64,000 bases of DNA from Nitrososphaerota archaeon (GCA_028867595.1 JAGWGB010000001.1:73630-137629); one strand, 5' to 3'; numbered from the stretch's first letter, positions 1 through 10,604 are shown. Numbers and translations: made by a program. The notes: generated from the letters alone by a model not told the origin.

Positions 1-1359
1 CATCTTAAAGAAGGGACAAGGCCAGTAGCCAAGCGTGGAAAACCTGGCGCCTTTACGTTAGTGGAACTTGACGATAAAATACTTGAAAAAGAATATCTCG
101 AAGGAATCACTACCGAGATATTAGAATCTTCTCGAGTCAACCAGAGCGGAGTCATCGAGATTTCAAAATCCGGTGCATTGGTTATTCAGTTTCGAGATTA
201 TCGAGTTGTGATAACACATCGACCATTTTCGAACAGTTATGAAATTACAATAACTCATCCTTTAGTCAAGATGATGCTTGAGCAATACAATCCGTCAGAA
301 AAACTCATGCAAAGGTTGTCTGAGAGTGCAGAAGGAGTACTTGTTGCGGGTGCGCCTGGTTCAGGCAAAAGCACGTTTGCATCAAGTCTTGCAGACTTTT
401 ATTCCAAAAAGGGTAAAATTGTCAAGACATTTGAATCACCAAGAGATTTGCAAGTTGATGAAAAAATTACTCAATATACACAACTTGATGGAAGCTTCGA
501 GAATGCTGCAGACATATTACTCCTAGTACGACCAGATTATACCATATTTGATGAGGTAAGAAGGTTTCATGATTTCCGAGTCTTTTCAGACTTGAGATTA
601 GCTGGTGTTGGCATGGTAGGAGTGGTACATGCAAACGCACCGCTTGATGCAATCCAGAGATTCATAGGAAAGGTAGAGCTTGGCATGATCCCTCATATCC
701 TAGACACTGTAATATACATAAAAGCAGGTCAAATTTCTAAAGTATACGAATTAGAATTCAAGGTTAAAGTTCCCACAGGCATGACAGAACAAGATTTGTC
801 AAGACCTGTAATCGAGGTTAAGAATTTTGAGAATCACACTTTGGAATATGAGATTTACACATATGGTGAAGAAAATATTGTCATACCAATTTCAAAAGAA
901 GCAAAGAGTGGCGGAATTGAAAGGCTTGCAGAATCAAAGATAAAGGAAGTAATCAAGCGATTTGACTCTAACGCTGAGATTGAGATTCTTTCAAACAACA
1001 GCATACGAGTAAAAGTTGACAAGGATTCAATTCCTTCCCTCATAGGCAGAGGAGGATCTACAATCAACGAACTTGAAAAAAGTCTAGGAGTTCACATAGA
1101 CGTAGAGAAAAAGACATCTTCAGACAGTGTAAGTAGCGAATGGTTCGAGATGTCAGAATCTGGTAACAATTTGATTTTAGAAGTGGACGATAGCAAATCT
1201 GGAATGGATGCAGATATTTATGTAAAAGGCAAACACTTGCTGTCATCACGAGTTGGAAAGCGCGGCAGAATCATAGTAGCCAAGAGATCCAGCCCCGGAA
1301 AAAGAATAGTTAACGCTGTCATGTCAAAAGATGACATCAAGATAGTTGTGCACGATTAG
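1..1359 (+). CDS. PINA-type (PIN/VapC-ATPase-KH) ATPase, 5' partial
   Basis: Frame is open from base 1 (HLKEGTRPVAKRGKPG...). Walker A GAPGSGKST, DEVR Walker B, GVVHA motif and C-terminal KH motif LIGRGGSTI match the archaeal PINA/MJ1533 family; the PIN domain would lie upstream of the window. Confidence 0.85.
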   Translation, partial: HLKEGTRPVAKRGKPGAFTLVELDDKILEKEYLEGITTEILESSRVNQSGVIEISKSGALVIQFRDYRVVITHRPFSNSYEITITHPLVKMMLEQYNPSEKLMQRLSESAEGVLVAGAPGSGKSTFASSLADFYSKKGKIVKTFESPRDLQVDEKITQYTQLDGSFENAADILLLVRPDYTIFDEVRRFHDFRVFSDLRLAGVGMVGVVHANAPLDAIQRFIGKVELGMIPHILDTVIYIKAGQISKVYELEFKVKVPTGMTEQDLSRPVIEVKNFENHTLEYEIYTYGEENIVIPISKEAKSGGIERLAESKIKEVIKRFDSNAEIEILSNNSIRVKVDKDSIPSLIGRGGSTINELEKSLGVHIDVEKKTSSDSVSSEWFEMSESGNNLILEVDDSKSGMDADIYVKGKHLLSSRVGKRGRIIVAKRSSPGKRIVNAVMSKDDIKIVVHD

Positions 1360-1811
1360 CTGAAATCTTGCAAAATTTTTGGGTTTTCTTTTAGGAATGT
1401 AACAAACTTTCTAAGTTGCCGGATAGTTTGAGGATTCAGATGATGTTCAATTCCTTCAGCATCCTGATTTGCAATACCATGATTTATTCCAAGCATCTTG
1501 AAAAACTCAAGTAAGATTCCGTGTTTTTGCCGTATAGCATCTGCAATAGCATTACCTTTTTGAGTCAGGTTTATTCCCTTATACTTTTCATATTTCAAAT
1601 AGCCGTTTTCATCAAGCCTTTGTAGCATTTTTGTGACAGAGGGCGCACTGACATTTAGATATCGCGAAATTTCTATCGTATTAGCGTATCCCTTTAACTC
1701 CACAAGCTCTGATATGACTTCAAGGTAATCCTCCACTCTAGAATAATCAGTCTTGGAAGATTTATGGGCCTCTTTTATCGACTCTAACCGCTCTCCTCGC
1801 TTTTCCTTCAT
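1356..1811 (-). CDS. DtxR/MntR-family metal-dependent transcriptional regulator
   Basis: EDYLEVI, HTH SAPSVTKMLQRL, 'H..LLEFF' and 'DAEGIEHH' metal-site motifs. Confidence 0.92.
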   Translation of the reverse strand: MKEKRGERLESIKEAHKSSKTDYSRVEDYLEVISELVELKGYANTIEISRYLNVSAPSVTKMLQRLDENGYLKYEKYKGINLTQKGNAIADAIRQKHGILLEFFKMLGINHGIANQDAEGIEHHLNPQTIRQLRKFVTFLKENPKILQDFS

Positions 1812-1920
1812 GTACGACTCTAAGTTACCCTATAAGCGATATAACCTATCCCTTGATCAGAATTCTTTACCTTATTGTAATTGATCTTTTGCATGGATTC
1901 TTAACTACAAACCCCAAAAC

Positions 1921-2277
1921 ATGAGACATGTAATGGATGAGGGGATTAGGAAGAATATTCATAAAATTAAGAAAATGAGAGAATCTATCAAGAGGCGTGC
2001 CGAGGTATATTCTACACTTGGAGCACTAGACGACCGTGGAACTGCACGTGCTTTAGGCTCGCTTCAACGCGCTCCAGCACCAGGCAAGAAGATCCAAAAG
2101 ATAGGGTTTATCTTGCTTTTTTCACCTGAGCCGTTTACTACCGTTGCAGGCATTCCTATGATCATTGCAGGCAAGTATCTAGACAAAGTCTACAACGGTG
2201 CAACAATATCAGATATTGGACACGAAACAAAGAACTTTGCAAGCGGAATTTCAGACTTTAAAGACAAGATAAAATAG
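1921..2277 (+). CDS. hypothetical protein with one hydrophobic hairpin
   Basis: 118-aa ORF filling the intergenic space; hydrophobic stretch IGFILLFSPEPFTTVAGIPMIIAG; no family recognised. Confidence 0.6.
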   Translation: MRHVMDEGIRKNIHKIKKMRESIKRRAEVYSTLGALDDRGTARALGSLQRAPAPGKKIQKIGFILLFSPEPFTTVAGIPMIIAGKYLDKVYNGATISDIGHETKNFASGISDFKDKIK

Positions 2278-2338
2278 CATATTTTTATGCTCGGCAATTT
2301 TTCCATTAGTTTTTAATTGGAACAACCCTACGGTTTTT

Positions 2339-2833
2339 GTGGCAACAAGAGGCCAGATATTAATCCCGATAGCTATTACTGCAGTGATAATCGGCATTGT
2401 TGGAGTGCTGACAATTCCTACCGATTCAAAACTTGCCGAAGTCAAATTCCCAAGAGGCACCATAAAGGTGGACAATGTAACCTTGGATGTGCAGATAGCT
2501 GAAACTGATGCACAAAGAGCAAGAGGCCTAATGTTCCAGGACCAAATGCCATACAATCAAGGAATGATATTTGTCATGGATAATGAACAAGTGATTCCAA
2601 TATGGATGTTGAACATGCAATTCCCTCTTGACATCATTTGGTTTGACAGTAATGGAAATGTTGTTCACATTGCAAAGTATGTACAGCCGTGCAAGTCTGC
2701 TCTTGAGACGGTAACATGCACTGTCGATAACGGAGGAGGAAAACTGGCAAAATATGTTCTTGAGACCACTGCCGGCTTTGTAAGCAAATACAATGTTACT
2801 GCAAGTTCTAAATTACAAATAATATCTATTTGA
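2339..2833 (+). CDS. DUF192-domain membrane-anchored protein
   Basis: N-terminal TM helix; 'IAETDAQRARGLMF', 'GMIF', 'WMLNMQFPLDIIW', 'YVLE' DUF192 motifs. Confidence 0.9.
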   Translation: MATRGQILIPIAITAVIIGIVGVLTIPTDSKLAEVKFPRGTIKVDNVTLDVQIAETDAQRARGLMFQDQMPYNQGMIFVMDNEQVIPIWMLNMQFPLDIIWFDSNGNVVHIAKYVQPCKSALETVTCTVDNGGGKLAKYVLETTAGFVSKYNVTASSKLQIISI

Positions 2834-2834
2834 C

Positions 2835-4748
2835 CTAATTTTTTTGAATTGTATTCTGTAGTTCTGCAAATGCAGTACGTATATCATCTATTGCTGCTTC
2901 ATCTTCGAGTGTACTTATATCACCAATTTGTTCATTGCTTGCAACAGACTTTAACAATCTCCTCATTATCTTCCCGCTTCGGGTCTTTGGTAATTTTGAA
3001 ACAATGTACAAGTGGTCAGGAGTCGCAATCGGGCCTACTACATTTCGGATATGTTGGATCAATTCATCTTCCAACTGTTTGCTCTGTACAACTCCTTCTT
3101 TTAAGACCAAGAATACGATTATTGACTCGCCCTTTACTTCATGAGGTATTCCGCATACAGCTGCCTCTGCTACTGATTTGTGAGATACAAAACCACTCTC
3201 AATTTCTGCAGTACCAAGTCTGTGTCCTGCCACTTTTAGAACATCGTCGGCTCGTCCAAGCATCCAAAGATAGCCATCCTTATCCATTATTGCGTAATCT
3301 CCTGGATAGTACATTGACTTGTACTTTGACCAGTATACGGTCTTGTATTTTTCGTCGTCGTTCCATAAAGAAAGAAGCATTCCAGGCCATGGCTTTGTTA
3401 CCACAAGATAACCCTTTGTTTCAGGTGGAAGGTCATTTCCATGTTCATCAACTACAGAGACATTGATTCCAGGCAATGGCAGTGTAGCAGAACCAGGCTT
3501 TAGTGTAATGGTCTCAACTCCAGGCATTGGAGAGACAAGTGCTCCTCCAGTTTCTGTTTGCCACCACGTATCAATTATAGGACATTTTTCTTTTCCGATT
3601 GTTTTGAAATACCATTTCCACACTTGGGGGTTTATCGGCTCCCCTACAGTACCGAGTAACCGCAGGCTTGAAAGATCTTTAGAGTTTGGCAGTGAATCCC
3701 CATACTTCATGAACATACGCAATGCTGTTGGAGTGGTGTAAAGAATTGTAATCTTGTATCTTTCTACAAGATCCCAAATTCTTGCAGGAGTAGGAAAAAC
3801 TAGCGCTCCTTCAAAAATGACTTGGGTTGCACCATGCATTAGAGGCGCGTAAACAACATAGCTGTGTCCTGTAACCCATCCAATGTCAGCGGTGCAAAAG
3901 TAAATGTCAGTATCACGTATGTCAAAGATCCACTTGAACGTACTGTAAAGGTGAACAAGATAACCCCCAGTGCCATGCAGTACTCCTTTTGGTTTTCCCG
4001 TAGTGCCCGATGTATACAATATGTAAAGCGGATGAGTACTGTCAAGTTTTTCAGGTTCGCATTGTTCCAAAGCGCCATTTACCAAGCTGTTCCATGGACT
4101 GTCTTTTTTTCCCATATGGACAGGAGTTTTAGTATGTTCATACACAAGGATGTGTTCTACAAAATCAAGGTCAGAGACCGCTTCATCTATGACCTGCTTT
4201 AGTTTTACTATTTCTCCTCTTCGAAATCCACCATCTGCTGTGATTATGACCTTTGATTTAGAATCAATTACTCTATCTCGAATGGATTGGGAGCTAAAAC
4301 CAGAAAAGATTACGGTGTGAATTGCACCTATTCTTGCACATGCAAGCATGGAAACTATGAGTTCTGGAATCATTGGAAGGTATACAGTAACTCTGTCTCC
4401 TTTTTTGACTCCAAGAGACTTGAGAGTATTTGCAACTTTACATACGTAATTTAGTAGTTCTTGGTATGTGATGGAACGCCTATCACCATTTTCTCCTTCC
4501 CACAGAATGGCAACTTTTTTTCCATTCTTGTTGCATTGTACATCAAGCGCGTTGTATGAGGCATTTATCTTCCCATTTACAAACCACCGTGCAAATGGCG
4601 GATTCCAGTCTAGTACATCATTCCATTTTTCAAACCAATGGAGATTGCGTGCTTCTGCTTCCCAGAACTTGACATAATCCTGACCTGCTTTCTTTCTTGT
4701 TACAGTATCATTATTTCCAAGGCCTATGAAATACGAAGTGTCATCCAA
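2835..4748 (-). CDS. acs: acetyl-CoA synthetase (AMP-forming)
   Basis: YTSGTTGKPKGV AMP-binding loop, DTWWQTETG, GRADD, LPKTRSGKIMRR. Confidence 0.95.
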   Translation of the reverse strand: MDDTSYFIGLGNNDTVTRKKAGQDYVKFWEAEARNLHWFEKWNDVLDWNPPFARWFVNGKINASYNALDVQCNKNGKKVAILWEGENGDRRSITYQELLNYVCKVANTLKSLGVKKGDRVTVYLPMIPELIVSMLACARIGAIHTVIFSGFSSQSIRDRVIDSKSKVIITADGGFRRGEIVKLKQVIDEAVSDLDFVEHILVYEHTKTPVHMGKKDSPWNSLVNGALEQCEPEKLDSTHPLYILYTSGTTGKPKGVLHGTGGYLVHLYSTFKWIFDIRDTDIYFCTADIGWVTGHSYVVYAPLMHGATQVIFEGALVFPTPARIWDLVERYKITILYTTPTALRMFMKYGDSLPNSKDLSSLRLLGTVGEPINPQVWKWYFKTIGKEKCPIIDTWWQTETGGALVSPMPGVETITLKPGSATLPLPGINVSVVDEHGNDLPPETKGYLVVTKPWPGMLLSLWNDDEKYKTVYWSKYKSMYYPGDYAIMDKDGYLWMLGRADDVLKVAGHRLGTAEIESGFVSHKSVAEAAVCGIPHEVKGESIIVFLVLKEGVVQSKQLEDELIQHIRNVVGPIATPDHLYIVSKLPKTRSGKIMRRLLKSVASNEQIGDISTLEDEAAIDDIRTAFAELQNTIQKN

Positions 4749-4771
4749 TAAGATTGGTTTGCATTCTCATT

Positions 4772-4806
4772 AAAAAAAAGGTTCGCTCAGAAAGGAGGGG
4801 AGCGAA
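4772..4806 (-). terminator. hairpin plus T8 terminator-like element downstream of cdvA
   Basis: 7-bp stem TTCGCTC (4782-4788) / GAGCGAA (4800-4806), followed on the minus strand by eight T (A run at 4772-4779), about 20 nt after the cdvA stop. Confidence 0.5.
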
Positions 4807-4826
4807 TCTTCCCATCCCACAGACAG

Positions 4827-5654
4827 TTAAGAAGAAGAGATCCTCTTAAGCCAGTCTGAGTCTTGAGGTTCTTCCTCGCCATCGGCTCCAATAGCAACTG
4901 GTTTAGGGGTGGTCGGTATTGTTGGGGGAATATTATTACCAACTGCCACGCCAGGAGACACCGGTGCCTTGGGCTGAGGAGTGGGAGAATTTTCTACCTT
5001 ACCAAGGTAAGAAACGGCGGCTGAATGAACATCCTGTTTAGGACTTTCTGTTCGCTCCATAGTATCAACTGAAAGATCGTTGATGCGACGTTGGATGTTT
5101 ACTATCTCTGCCTTTTCATGCTCGATGTGTTCGATAATTTCCACCGTGTGAGTCTTGACTAATTCATACTTGACATCAGAAATCTCATTACTTTTGTTTT
5201 GTAATTTGGCATCAAATCTCAGCATCCTAATAGATTTCAGCTGATTGTCAAGATCTGCCAGTCTATTCTCGAGTTTTTCACGGATCTGTTTCTCGGTCTC
5301 ATCGAGAGATAGCAATTTCATCTTGTACTTCTCGTGGATCAATTCAGCATCCTCCTTCATGTCGTCATTTTCAGATACGATATCTATCAGCGCGCGAATT
5401 CGGCGCAATGTAAGACCCTTCTCTCTCAATAATCGCTGGGCATCTAATCTCCATCTAGGAATGAAGATCACGTATTGCCCTTGAACGACTAGTTGTTCGA
5501 ATGGAACCTGTTTCAGCCCTTCAGAACCACAATCAACACCTACGGTTTGTACACTTCCGTCAATATCAGTTATGGTGCCTATGACTTTACCAATAAAAGT
5601 GCCGTACATGTCCTTAACTTGCTTGCCGATAAATTCGACATCTTCTTTGCTCAT
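4827..5654 (-). CDS. cdvA: cell division protein CdvA (thaumarchaeal type)
   Basis: PRC-barrel-like N-terminus 'FIGKQVKDMYGTFIGKVIG', coiled coil, Pro-rich tail ending DSDWLKRI; start placed at ATG 5654 (MSKED) rather than the track's upstream start at 5723. Confidence 0.85.
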   Translation of the reverse strand: MSKEDVEFIGKQVKDMYGTFIGKVIGTITDIDGSVQTVGVDCGSEGLKQVPFEQLVVQGQYVIFIPRWRLDAQRLLREKGLTLRRIRALIDIVSENDDMKEDAELIHEKYKMKLLSLDETEKQIREKLENRLADLDNQLKSIRMLRFDAKLQNKSNEISDVKYELVKTHTVEIIEHIEHEKAEIVNIQRRINDLSVDTMERTESPKQDVHSAAVSYLGKVENSPTPQPKAPVSPGVAVGNNIPPTIPTTPKPVAIGADGEEEPQDSDWLKRISSS

Positions 5655-5775
5655 TGGGCATATGTTATATTTTTGGTATAACCAACAAAGTGTTAACAAG
5701 GTTTCAAATTTTTGTAAGATCATTTTAGCTAAGTCTTTGCAGATTTTATGAGAGATTTAGTAATTTTAAAATCAC

Positions 5776-6090
5776 TTGAATTGTAATGGTCCAATGATGA
5801 TTACAAAGGACGAATTGGATGAGGTCCTACACTTTGTTGCAAAACGTTGGATAGACATGAGCCGCGAGCCAAACCACAAAGCCTTTGAAAACATGCCAAC
5901 TGACTTTTGGATGAATTCCATGGGTGGCGGCGCAGGAGAAGGAAAATGGGTAACAACTTTGATGTATACAGAAGATGCTGCGGAAGCAGAAGCATTCAAG
6001 GAAGTTTTGTTACGATGGCAATCAAGACACAACGCAATGAAACCGGGATCCTTAGACTTGATTCAGATCGGGAAAAAATCGGGGCTCTAA
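5776..6090 (+). CDS. hypothetical protein
   Basis: ORF directly upstream of thyX on the same strand; likely start ATG 5794 or 5797. Confidence 0.65.
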   Translation: MNCNGPMMITKDELDEVLHFVAKRWIDMSREPNHKAFENMPTDFWMNSMGGGAGEGKWVTTLMYTEDAAEAEAFKEVLLRWQSRHNAMKPGSLDLIQIGKKSGL

Positions 6091-6112
6091 GACAGCAGAT
6101 TATTTTTTATAA

Positions 6113-7747
6113 GTGAACTACTTTCGGAACGTGTTGTCAGAGTTTTCCGAGCCTGAAAAAGAGATCCTGCTGAAACACTTTTCTAATGTAGACGATTCTG
6201 TCTTTGCGATCATAACAACACGGCAGGTAGATCGCGGTGCCCTAATGTCCAGATATAGCAGAACCGACAAAAGCATGCGCAAGGTATTTCTTGACGAGTT
6301 TCTCCAAAACGAAAACCGTGGAGAGGAGTTTTACAATAAAGTTTTACTTGAATATGGGGATGATTCGGTTGCAGAGCTTGGAGAAGCTCAGATTGCAATA
6401 GAAGGCCTTTCCAACATTGCAGTAAAGAAAATAGAAGATCGTAGAATTGGTCTGTCGTATCTTGAAAAATCTTCTCGATATGTAGCTTGGGATAAAAAAG
6501 TAAATGGAGAATACAAGTTTTTCAGAGAACATGACATTATGAATTCAAAATTTGCTGATGCATATCTTGAATCATGTAATTTGGATTTTGACGTATATTC
6601 CAGAAACATTTCCCCAATGATATCACATATTCAGGAAAGAGATCCAATTGAAAAACAGAAATTCCGAAATTCATCAGGAGAGGAGGTCTTGTTTTCAAAA
6701 CTTGGAAATGAAGATGATGTAAAATCTGCTACGCGTATATACAATGCTACAATAAAAGCAAAGGCGCTTGACATTTTGCGTGGCATACTACCTGCCTCAA
6801 CCCTTACAAACGTCGGAATTACAGGCAATGGCCGTGCCTTTGAATACCTTCTCACAATACTATACTCTTCTTCTCTGAAAGAAGAACAAGAACTAGGCTC
6901 AAAAATACACAGGGAGCTTGATGTCACAATAAAATCATTTGTTAAAAGGTCAGACGACAAGTACGGAAAACTCTTACAAGATTACCTATCTAAGCTGAAA
7001 AACACTTCATATTCATTTGGCAAAAAATATCTTAAAGGCAAGAAACAGAAAGACTTTCTTGTAGAATTAGTTGATAGTGAATCTGAAAAAAAAGCCGAAG
7101 AGAAAATAATTTCTGCGCTTTTATACGAACAGTCTGATGGAATAGCATATGGTGAAATCCTACCTCAAGTAAGAAAGATGGGTTCTGCAACAAGAAAAAA
7201 AATAATCAAATCCTTTGCAGCCTTGCGAATGAACAGAAGACAGAGACCCCCCAGAGGATTTGAAATGACAGACTATACGTTTGATCTTCAGACCAATTTT
7301 GGAATGTTTCGTGACCTTCACAGACACCGAGTGTTAACATTAGAAAGACAATTGTTGACAACAGACCATGGATTTTCCATTCCAGAAGAGATTACTGCGC
7401 TTGGAATTCGAAAAGATTTTGAGGATTGCATGTACAAGTCAAAAGAAGTTTTTGATTTGATAAGAAAGAAAAATCCAGAGCAAGCACAGTATGTCGTAAA
7501 CTTTGCATACAAATATCACTATTTTATGAAATTAAATCTTAGAGAAGCTGTGCATTTGATAGAACTTCGAACCGTTCCACAGGGTCATCAAGACTACCGC
7601 AAGGTTGCACAGGAGATGTTCAAGTCAATCAAAAAGACACATCCAAATCTTTGCCAGATAATAAAATACGTAGATCTTAAAAGTTACAAACTTGAAAGAC
7701 TAGAATCTGAAAAAAAAATAGAAGAAAAAAGAAAGCGTTTGCATTAG
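6113..7747 (+). CDS. thyX: FAD-dependent thymidylate synthase (two-domain long form)
   Basis: Two ThyX-like halves: 'YLEKSSRY' and 'RDLHRHR...ERQ', plus 'HLIELR...H'. Confidence 0.9.
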   Translation: MNYFRNVLSEFSEPEKEILLKHFSNVDDSVFAIITTRQVDRGALMSRYSRTDKSMRKVFLDEFLQNENRGEEFYNKVLLEYGDDSVAELGEAQIAIEGLSNIAVKKIEDRRIGLSYLEKSSRYVAWDKKVNGEYKFFREHDIMNSKFADAYLESCNLDFDVYSRNISPMISHIQERDPIEKQKFRNSSGEEVLFSKLGNEDDVKSATRIYNATIKAKALDILRGILPASTLTNVGITGNGRAFEYLLTILYSSSLKEEQELGSKIHRELDVTIKSFVKRSDDKYGKLLQDYLSKLKNTSYSFGKKYLKGKKQKDFLVELVDSESEKKAEEKIISALLYEQSDGIAYGEILPQVRKMGSATRKKIIKSFAALRMNRRQRPPRGFEMTDYTFDLQTNFGMFRDLHRHRVLTLERQLLTTDHGFSIPEEITALGIRKDFEDCMYKSKEVFDLIRKKNPEQAQYVVNFAYKYHYFMKLNLREAVHLIELRTVPQGHQDYRKVAQEMFKSIKKTHPNLCQIIKYVDLKSYKLERLESEKKIEEKRKRLH

Positions 7748-7760
7748 AATTTAGTTACAA

Positions 7761-8786
7761 TCACTTAAACCACTGTTCAAGAGTATGACTCTTCTTTTCT
7801 ATTGCCTTTTTCAACCTGTTTAGTGATGTTTCTACTCTTTCGCTTGAAAAGTTCCTCTCCTTTGTAAGATAGTTTGTAATTCCTTGATAATCAACATCCC
7901 CAAATTTCAGTTCAGTTACGTCAGCCACCTTAGGATTTAGAAATATTTCCCGTATCTGTTTGTACTCTACTTGATCTAGTTTTTCCTGAATTTGTGGAAT
8001 ATCTTCTAGTTTGCCATGCTGTTTTACAAGCTTTAGTGCCGTCTTCGGACCAATTCGCTCAAAGCCATCAGGGTTAAAGTCTGTTCCAATAAGGATTCCA
8101 ATATCTACCAACTGTGCGCGGGTTATACCAAGGTCGTCAAGCGTCTTGTTCAAGTCAATGATTTCGGGTTCCACCTCTATGGTGGTATTTCTGTTTGGCA
8201 ATTTTCTCTTTCCGCTATTTGTAAAGTTCCTTACAAGTTTTTTTGCTCCAAACAAGAGTGAATCAAAGTCTTGACTTGCCGATGCATGAGCTTGCCCCGT
8301 AATAGTTAGATGAGCTGCAGTGGCTTCGCCCTCAGAAGGTGCTTGAATAAAAGGAATTCCAAATAGGCCAAGCAGTTTCTTTGAATCCTCAACCATGTCG
8401 TCTTTTAATACAGATGTTTGTTGGGCATATTTTCTTGCTTCCTCATATTTTCCCTGACTTATAGCATTCTCATACCTGATGGTAGCTTCCTTTTTGATCT
8501 GCTTTCGTCTCTCAATCTCTGCAGACTTTAATGACGGGGGCCTGCCATCAAATACATACACGGGTTTTATTCCAAGAGACAGAAAATTGATGTTTCTATA
8601 CAATAGTCCTGTCATGTGGCTTGTGATTCTTCCGCTAAAGTCAGTAAGTGGAAGCCCATCAGGTCCGCGTATAATTGATAGAAATTGGTAGATTGCATTG
8701 TATGCGTCTATTGCAACTATTTTTGATGAGAATGATTCAAGATTTGTCTTCTCACGAATACAGAGCTGCTTGATGTCAAGACCCAT
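7761..8786 (-). CDS. fen: flap endonuclease 1
   Basis: [42 protein letters not shown]-like H3TH, C-terminal PIP-like 'TLEQWF'. Confidence 0.96.
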   Translation of the reverse strand: MGLDIKQLCIREKTNLESFSSKIVAIDAYNAIYQFLSIIRGPDGLPLTDFSGRITSHMTGLLYRNINFLSLGIKPVYVFDGRPPSLKSAEIERRKQIKKEATIRYENAISQGKYEEARKYAQQTSVLKDDMVEDSKKLLGLFGIPFIQAPSEGEATAAHLTITGQAHASASQDFDSLLFGAKKLVRNFTNSGKRKLPNRNTTIEVEPEIIDLNKTLDDLGITRAQLVDIGILIGTDFNPDGFERIGPKTALKLVKQHGKLEDIPQIQEKLDQVEYKQIREIFLNPKVADVTELKFGDVDYQGITNYLTKERNFSSERVETSLNRLKKAIEKKSHTLEQWFK

Positions 8787-8821
8787 GAATTCAGTTTAGA
8801 GCAAGGCCCTTTTTGGTTTTC

Positions 8822-9004
8822 CTATTTTTTCCTAGCACCTGATTTTGACTCCCATCCTCTCTCGATTATCTCCTCGTAAATGTTTGAGAGTTTTGGGATT
8901 GCCTCTCCTTTTTCTGCGGCAATTTTGACTTTTTCTCGATAATAGATTTCTATTGCCTTTGCAGTCTTACCATCAATTGTTATTGATACACGAGTCTTTG
9001 CCAT
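8822..9004 (-). CDS. small ribbon-helix-helix-like DNA-binding protein
   Basis: N-terminal beta strand 'KTRVSITID' followed by helices; 60 aa. Confidence 0.6.
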   Translation of the reverse strand: MAKTRVSITIDGKTAKAIEIYYREKVKIAAEKGEAIPKLSNIYEEIIERGWESKSGARKK

Positions 9005-9057
9005 GTACTTTCAACTTGAGAGCCGGCACTCATCAATAATAAACTATCTACTATCAA

Positions 9058-9225
9058 TTATTTCAATATCAGGACAAAACCATCATTTTTTGATTCAAGC
9101 CTTACAGATTGGTCTTTTGGCAATCCAAGATATGTCAGTAGATCGTTGATAGTAGAATCATCCTGGAGCGCATACTTTTTTCCTTGAAACTCGACGGATA
9201 CTGTTTTCTTTGTTACTGTCTCCAT
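9058..9225 (-). CDS. small beta-grasp (ThiS/MoaD-like) protein, 55 aa
   Basis: Manual translation METVTKKTVSVEFQGKKYALQDDSTINDLLTYLGLPKDQSVRLESKNDGFVLILK; 'TINDLL..LGL' resembles ThiS-like folds; no C-terminal GG; below the ORF-track cutoff. Confidence 0.55.
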   Translation of the reverse strand: METVTKKTVSVEFQGKKYALQDDSTINDLLTYLGLPKDQSVRLESKNDGFVLILK

Positions 9226-9339
9226 CTACCTTAAGATAAATTATCTACTTTATATCCTTTATTATGTATTTGATCATATGATCATCTGATCATTTTATTC
9301 TGATTGTATTTATGTGCCTAAAACTGTGTCATGTGTGGT

Positions 9340-9435
9340 GCCAGGTTAGCCAAGCGGTACGGCGACCGCCTCGAGATCACATACAAGGTAGCGGTTGTGC
9401 GTAAGCACTCAGGGGTTCGAATCCCTTACCTGGCG
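9340..9435 (+). tRNA. tRNA-Ser(CGA) with a 14-nt intron at 37/38 (9376-9389)
   Basis: Acceptor GCCAGGT/ACCTGGC, anticodon stem ACCGC/GCGGT, anticodon CGA at 9372-9374, long variable arm, GGTTCGAATCC T-loop, discriminator G. Confidence 0.9.
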
Positions 9436-9617
9436 CCTTGAATTTTAGTAAGTCTACAATTTAACTTGCAAAAATAACTCACATAATACATGACAAACTC
9501 TGATGATTTTTGAGAATTGAGAAAAATCGTGCAAGAGAATGAATTTCAAAATCTAGAAGATTCTTGCATGGGCACTTAAGTAGAACAAAGTGAATAATAA
9601 AAACAAGTGGAGCATTT

Positions 9618-9962
9618 GTGATAGAGATTACAGAGGATACCATATGGGATGTATGGTCAAAGGGTGAGATCTTTGCCGGTAATGACCCAGTGTTATGGAG
9701 AAAAGACGTTTGTGGTGCTTGGATTTTTCGTAGTCATTATAAAAGAATTGATTCAGAATATGGATGGGTAATTGACTACATAAAGCCATTATCAGAAGGA
9801 GGTTCAAATAACATCCTAAATCTACGCCCCATGCACTGGGAAAATACTAGGCGGAGATCAGACGGGAGTATCGAATGTCATATCACATCTACCGGAATTT
9901 ACAATGGCAAACCAATAGAACATAAAATCATTGAACCATCAAGTCTGAATATTTTTTACTAA
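9618..9962 (+). CDS. HNH-endonuclease-like protein, probably catalytically degenerate
   Basis: 'GWVIDYIKPLSEGGSNNILNLRPMHWENT' follows the W-x-IDHI-x-P...GGS...NL-x-P-x-x-W-x-N-N HNH pattern, but with His replaced by Tyr. Confidence 0.75.
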   Translation: MIEITEDTIWDVWSKGEIFAGNDPVLWRKDVCGAWIFRSHYKRIDSEYGWVIDYIKPLSEGGSNNILNLRPMHWENTRRRSDGSIECHITSTGIYNGKPIEHKIIEPSSLNIFY

Positions 9963-10022
9963 AAACGTGTCATTGATGACAAATTATTTGCAGTTGTAGA
10001 GTCACATTAGGTTTACAATCAT

Positions 10023-10604
10023 CTATCGGCAATCCAGTGATTTTCCAAGTATTAGTCTAGTTTTTTCAGAGATTTCCAACGCATTTGTATAAGTTATGCT
10101 GTATTCACAACTGGAACAGACAGTCAGTCCTGGCATGAAATAAATGAATATGCACACTTTGTCACGCATTATATTGACTTGGCGCGCTTGACCTAGATCA
10201 TCATTATGAAATTTAAGCAATTCACGCAATGTTCGTAGTTCAGATGAAACCATGGTTATATGATCTCTATTTCTGAACAAAATGGTTTTGCCATCCTTCA
10301 TTTTACTGAATATGCCTATTCCTTTTTCATCTGTAATAAGCACATAACGCATATCATCATTTATTGCAAGTATTTCGTCAGATATTTTTTCATAATTGAT
10401 TGATGACGAGTATTCAAGTATCATTCCGGTATTTGCATCAATTTTTACCATCTTATTTTGTTTATTAATTAATCCAAGAGAGACATTGACATTCCAGACA
10501 TTTCCTTCTAGACTAACATCTTTGATGACTACGTCAGAGTGATGTTGTTCAAAAAATTTTGAGGCTATTCTTGACACTCTAGTAGAATCCAGTGATAACT
10601 GCAC
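10023..10604 (-). CDS. PepSY-like domain fused to a roadblock/DUF6659-like domain
   Basis: N-terminal ~65 aa resemble ORFs 26862 and 54390 (KF.EQ.H...W.V...G....VKIDA.TG.I..Y); C-terminal 'YEKISDEILAINDDMRYVLITDEKG' resembles thaumarchaeal DUF6659/roadblock proteins. Confidence 0.55.
   Translation of the reverse strand: MQLSLDSTRVSRIASKFFEQHHSDVVIKDVSLEGNVWNVNVSLGLINKQNKMVKIDANTGMILEYSSSINYEKISDEILAINDDMRYVLITDEKGIGIFSKMKDGKTILFRNRDHITMVSSELRTLRELLKFHNDDLGQARQVNIMRDKVCIFIYFMPGLTVCSSCEYSITYTNALEISEKTRLILGKSLDCR

Noticed and set aside
4827-5654. cdvA without adjacent cdvB/cdvC as an anomaly
   Set aside because: Dispersed cdv genes are the established arrangement in Nitrososphaerota
6113-7747. 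Two-domain ThyX as a novel fusion
   Set aside because: To my knowledge, long duplicated ThyX is the usual form in this lineage and sits in a housekeeping context
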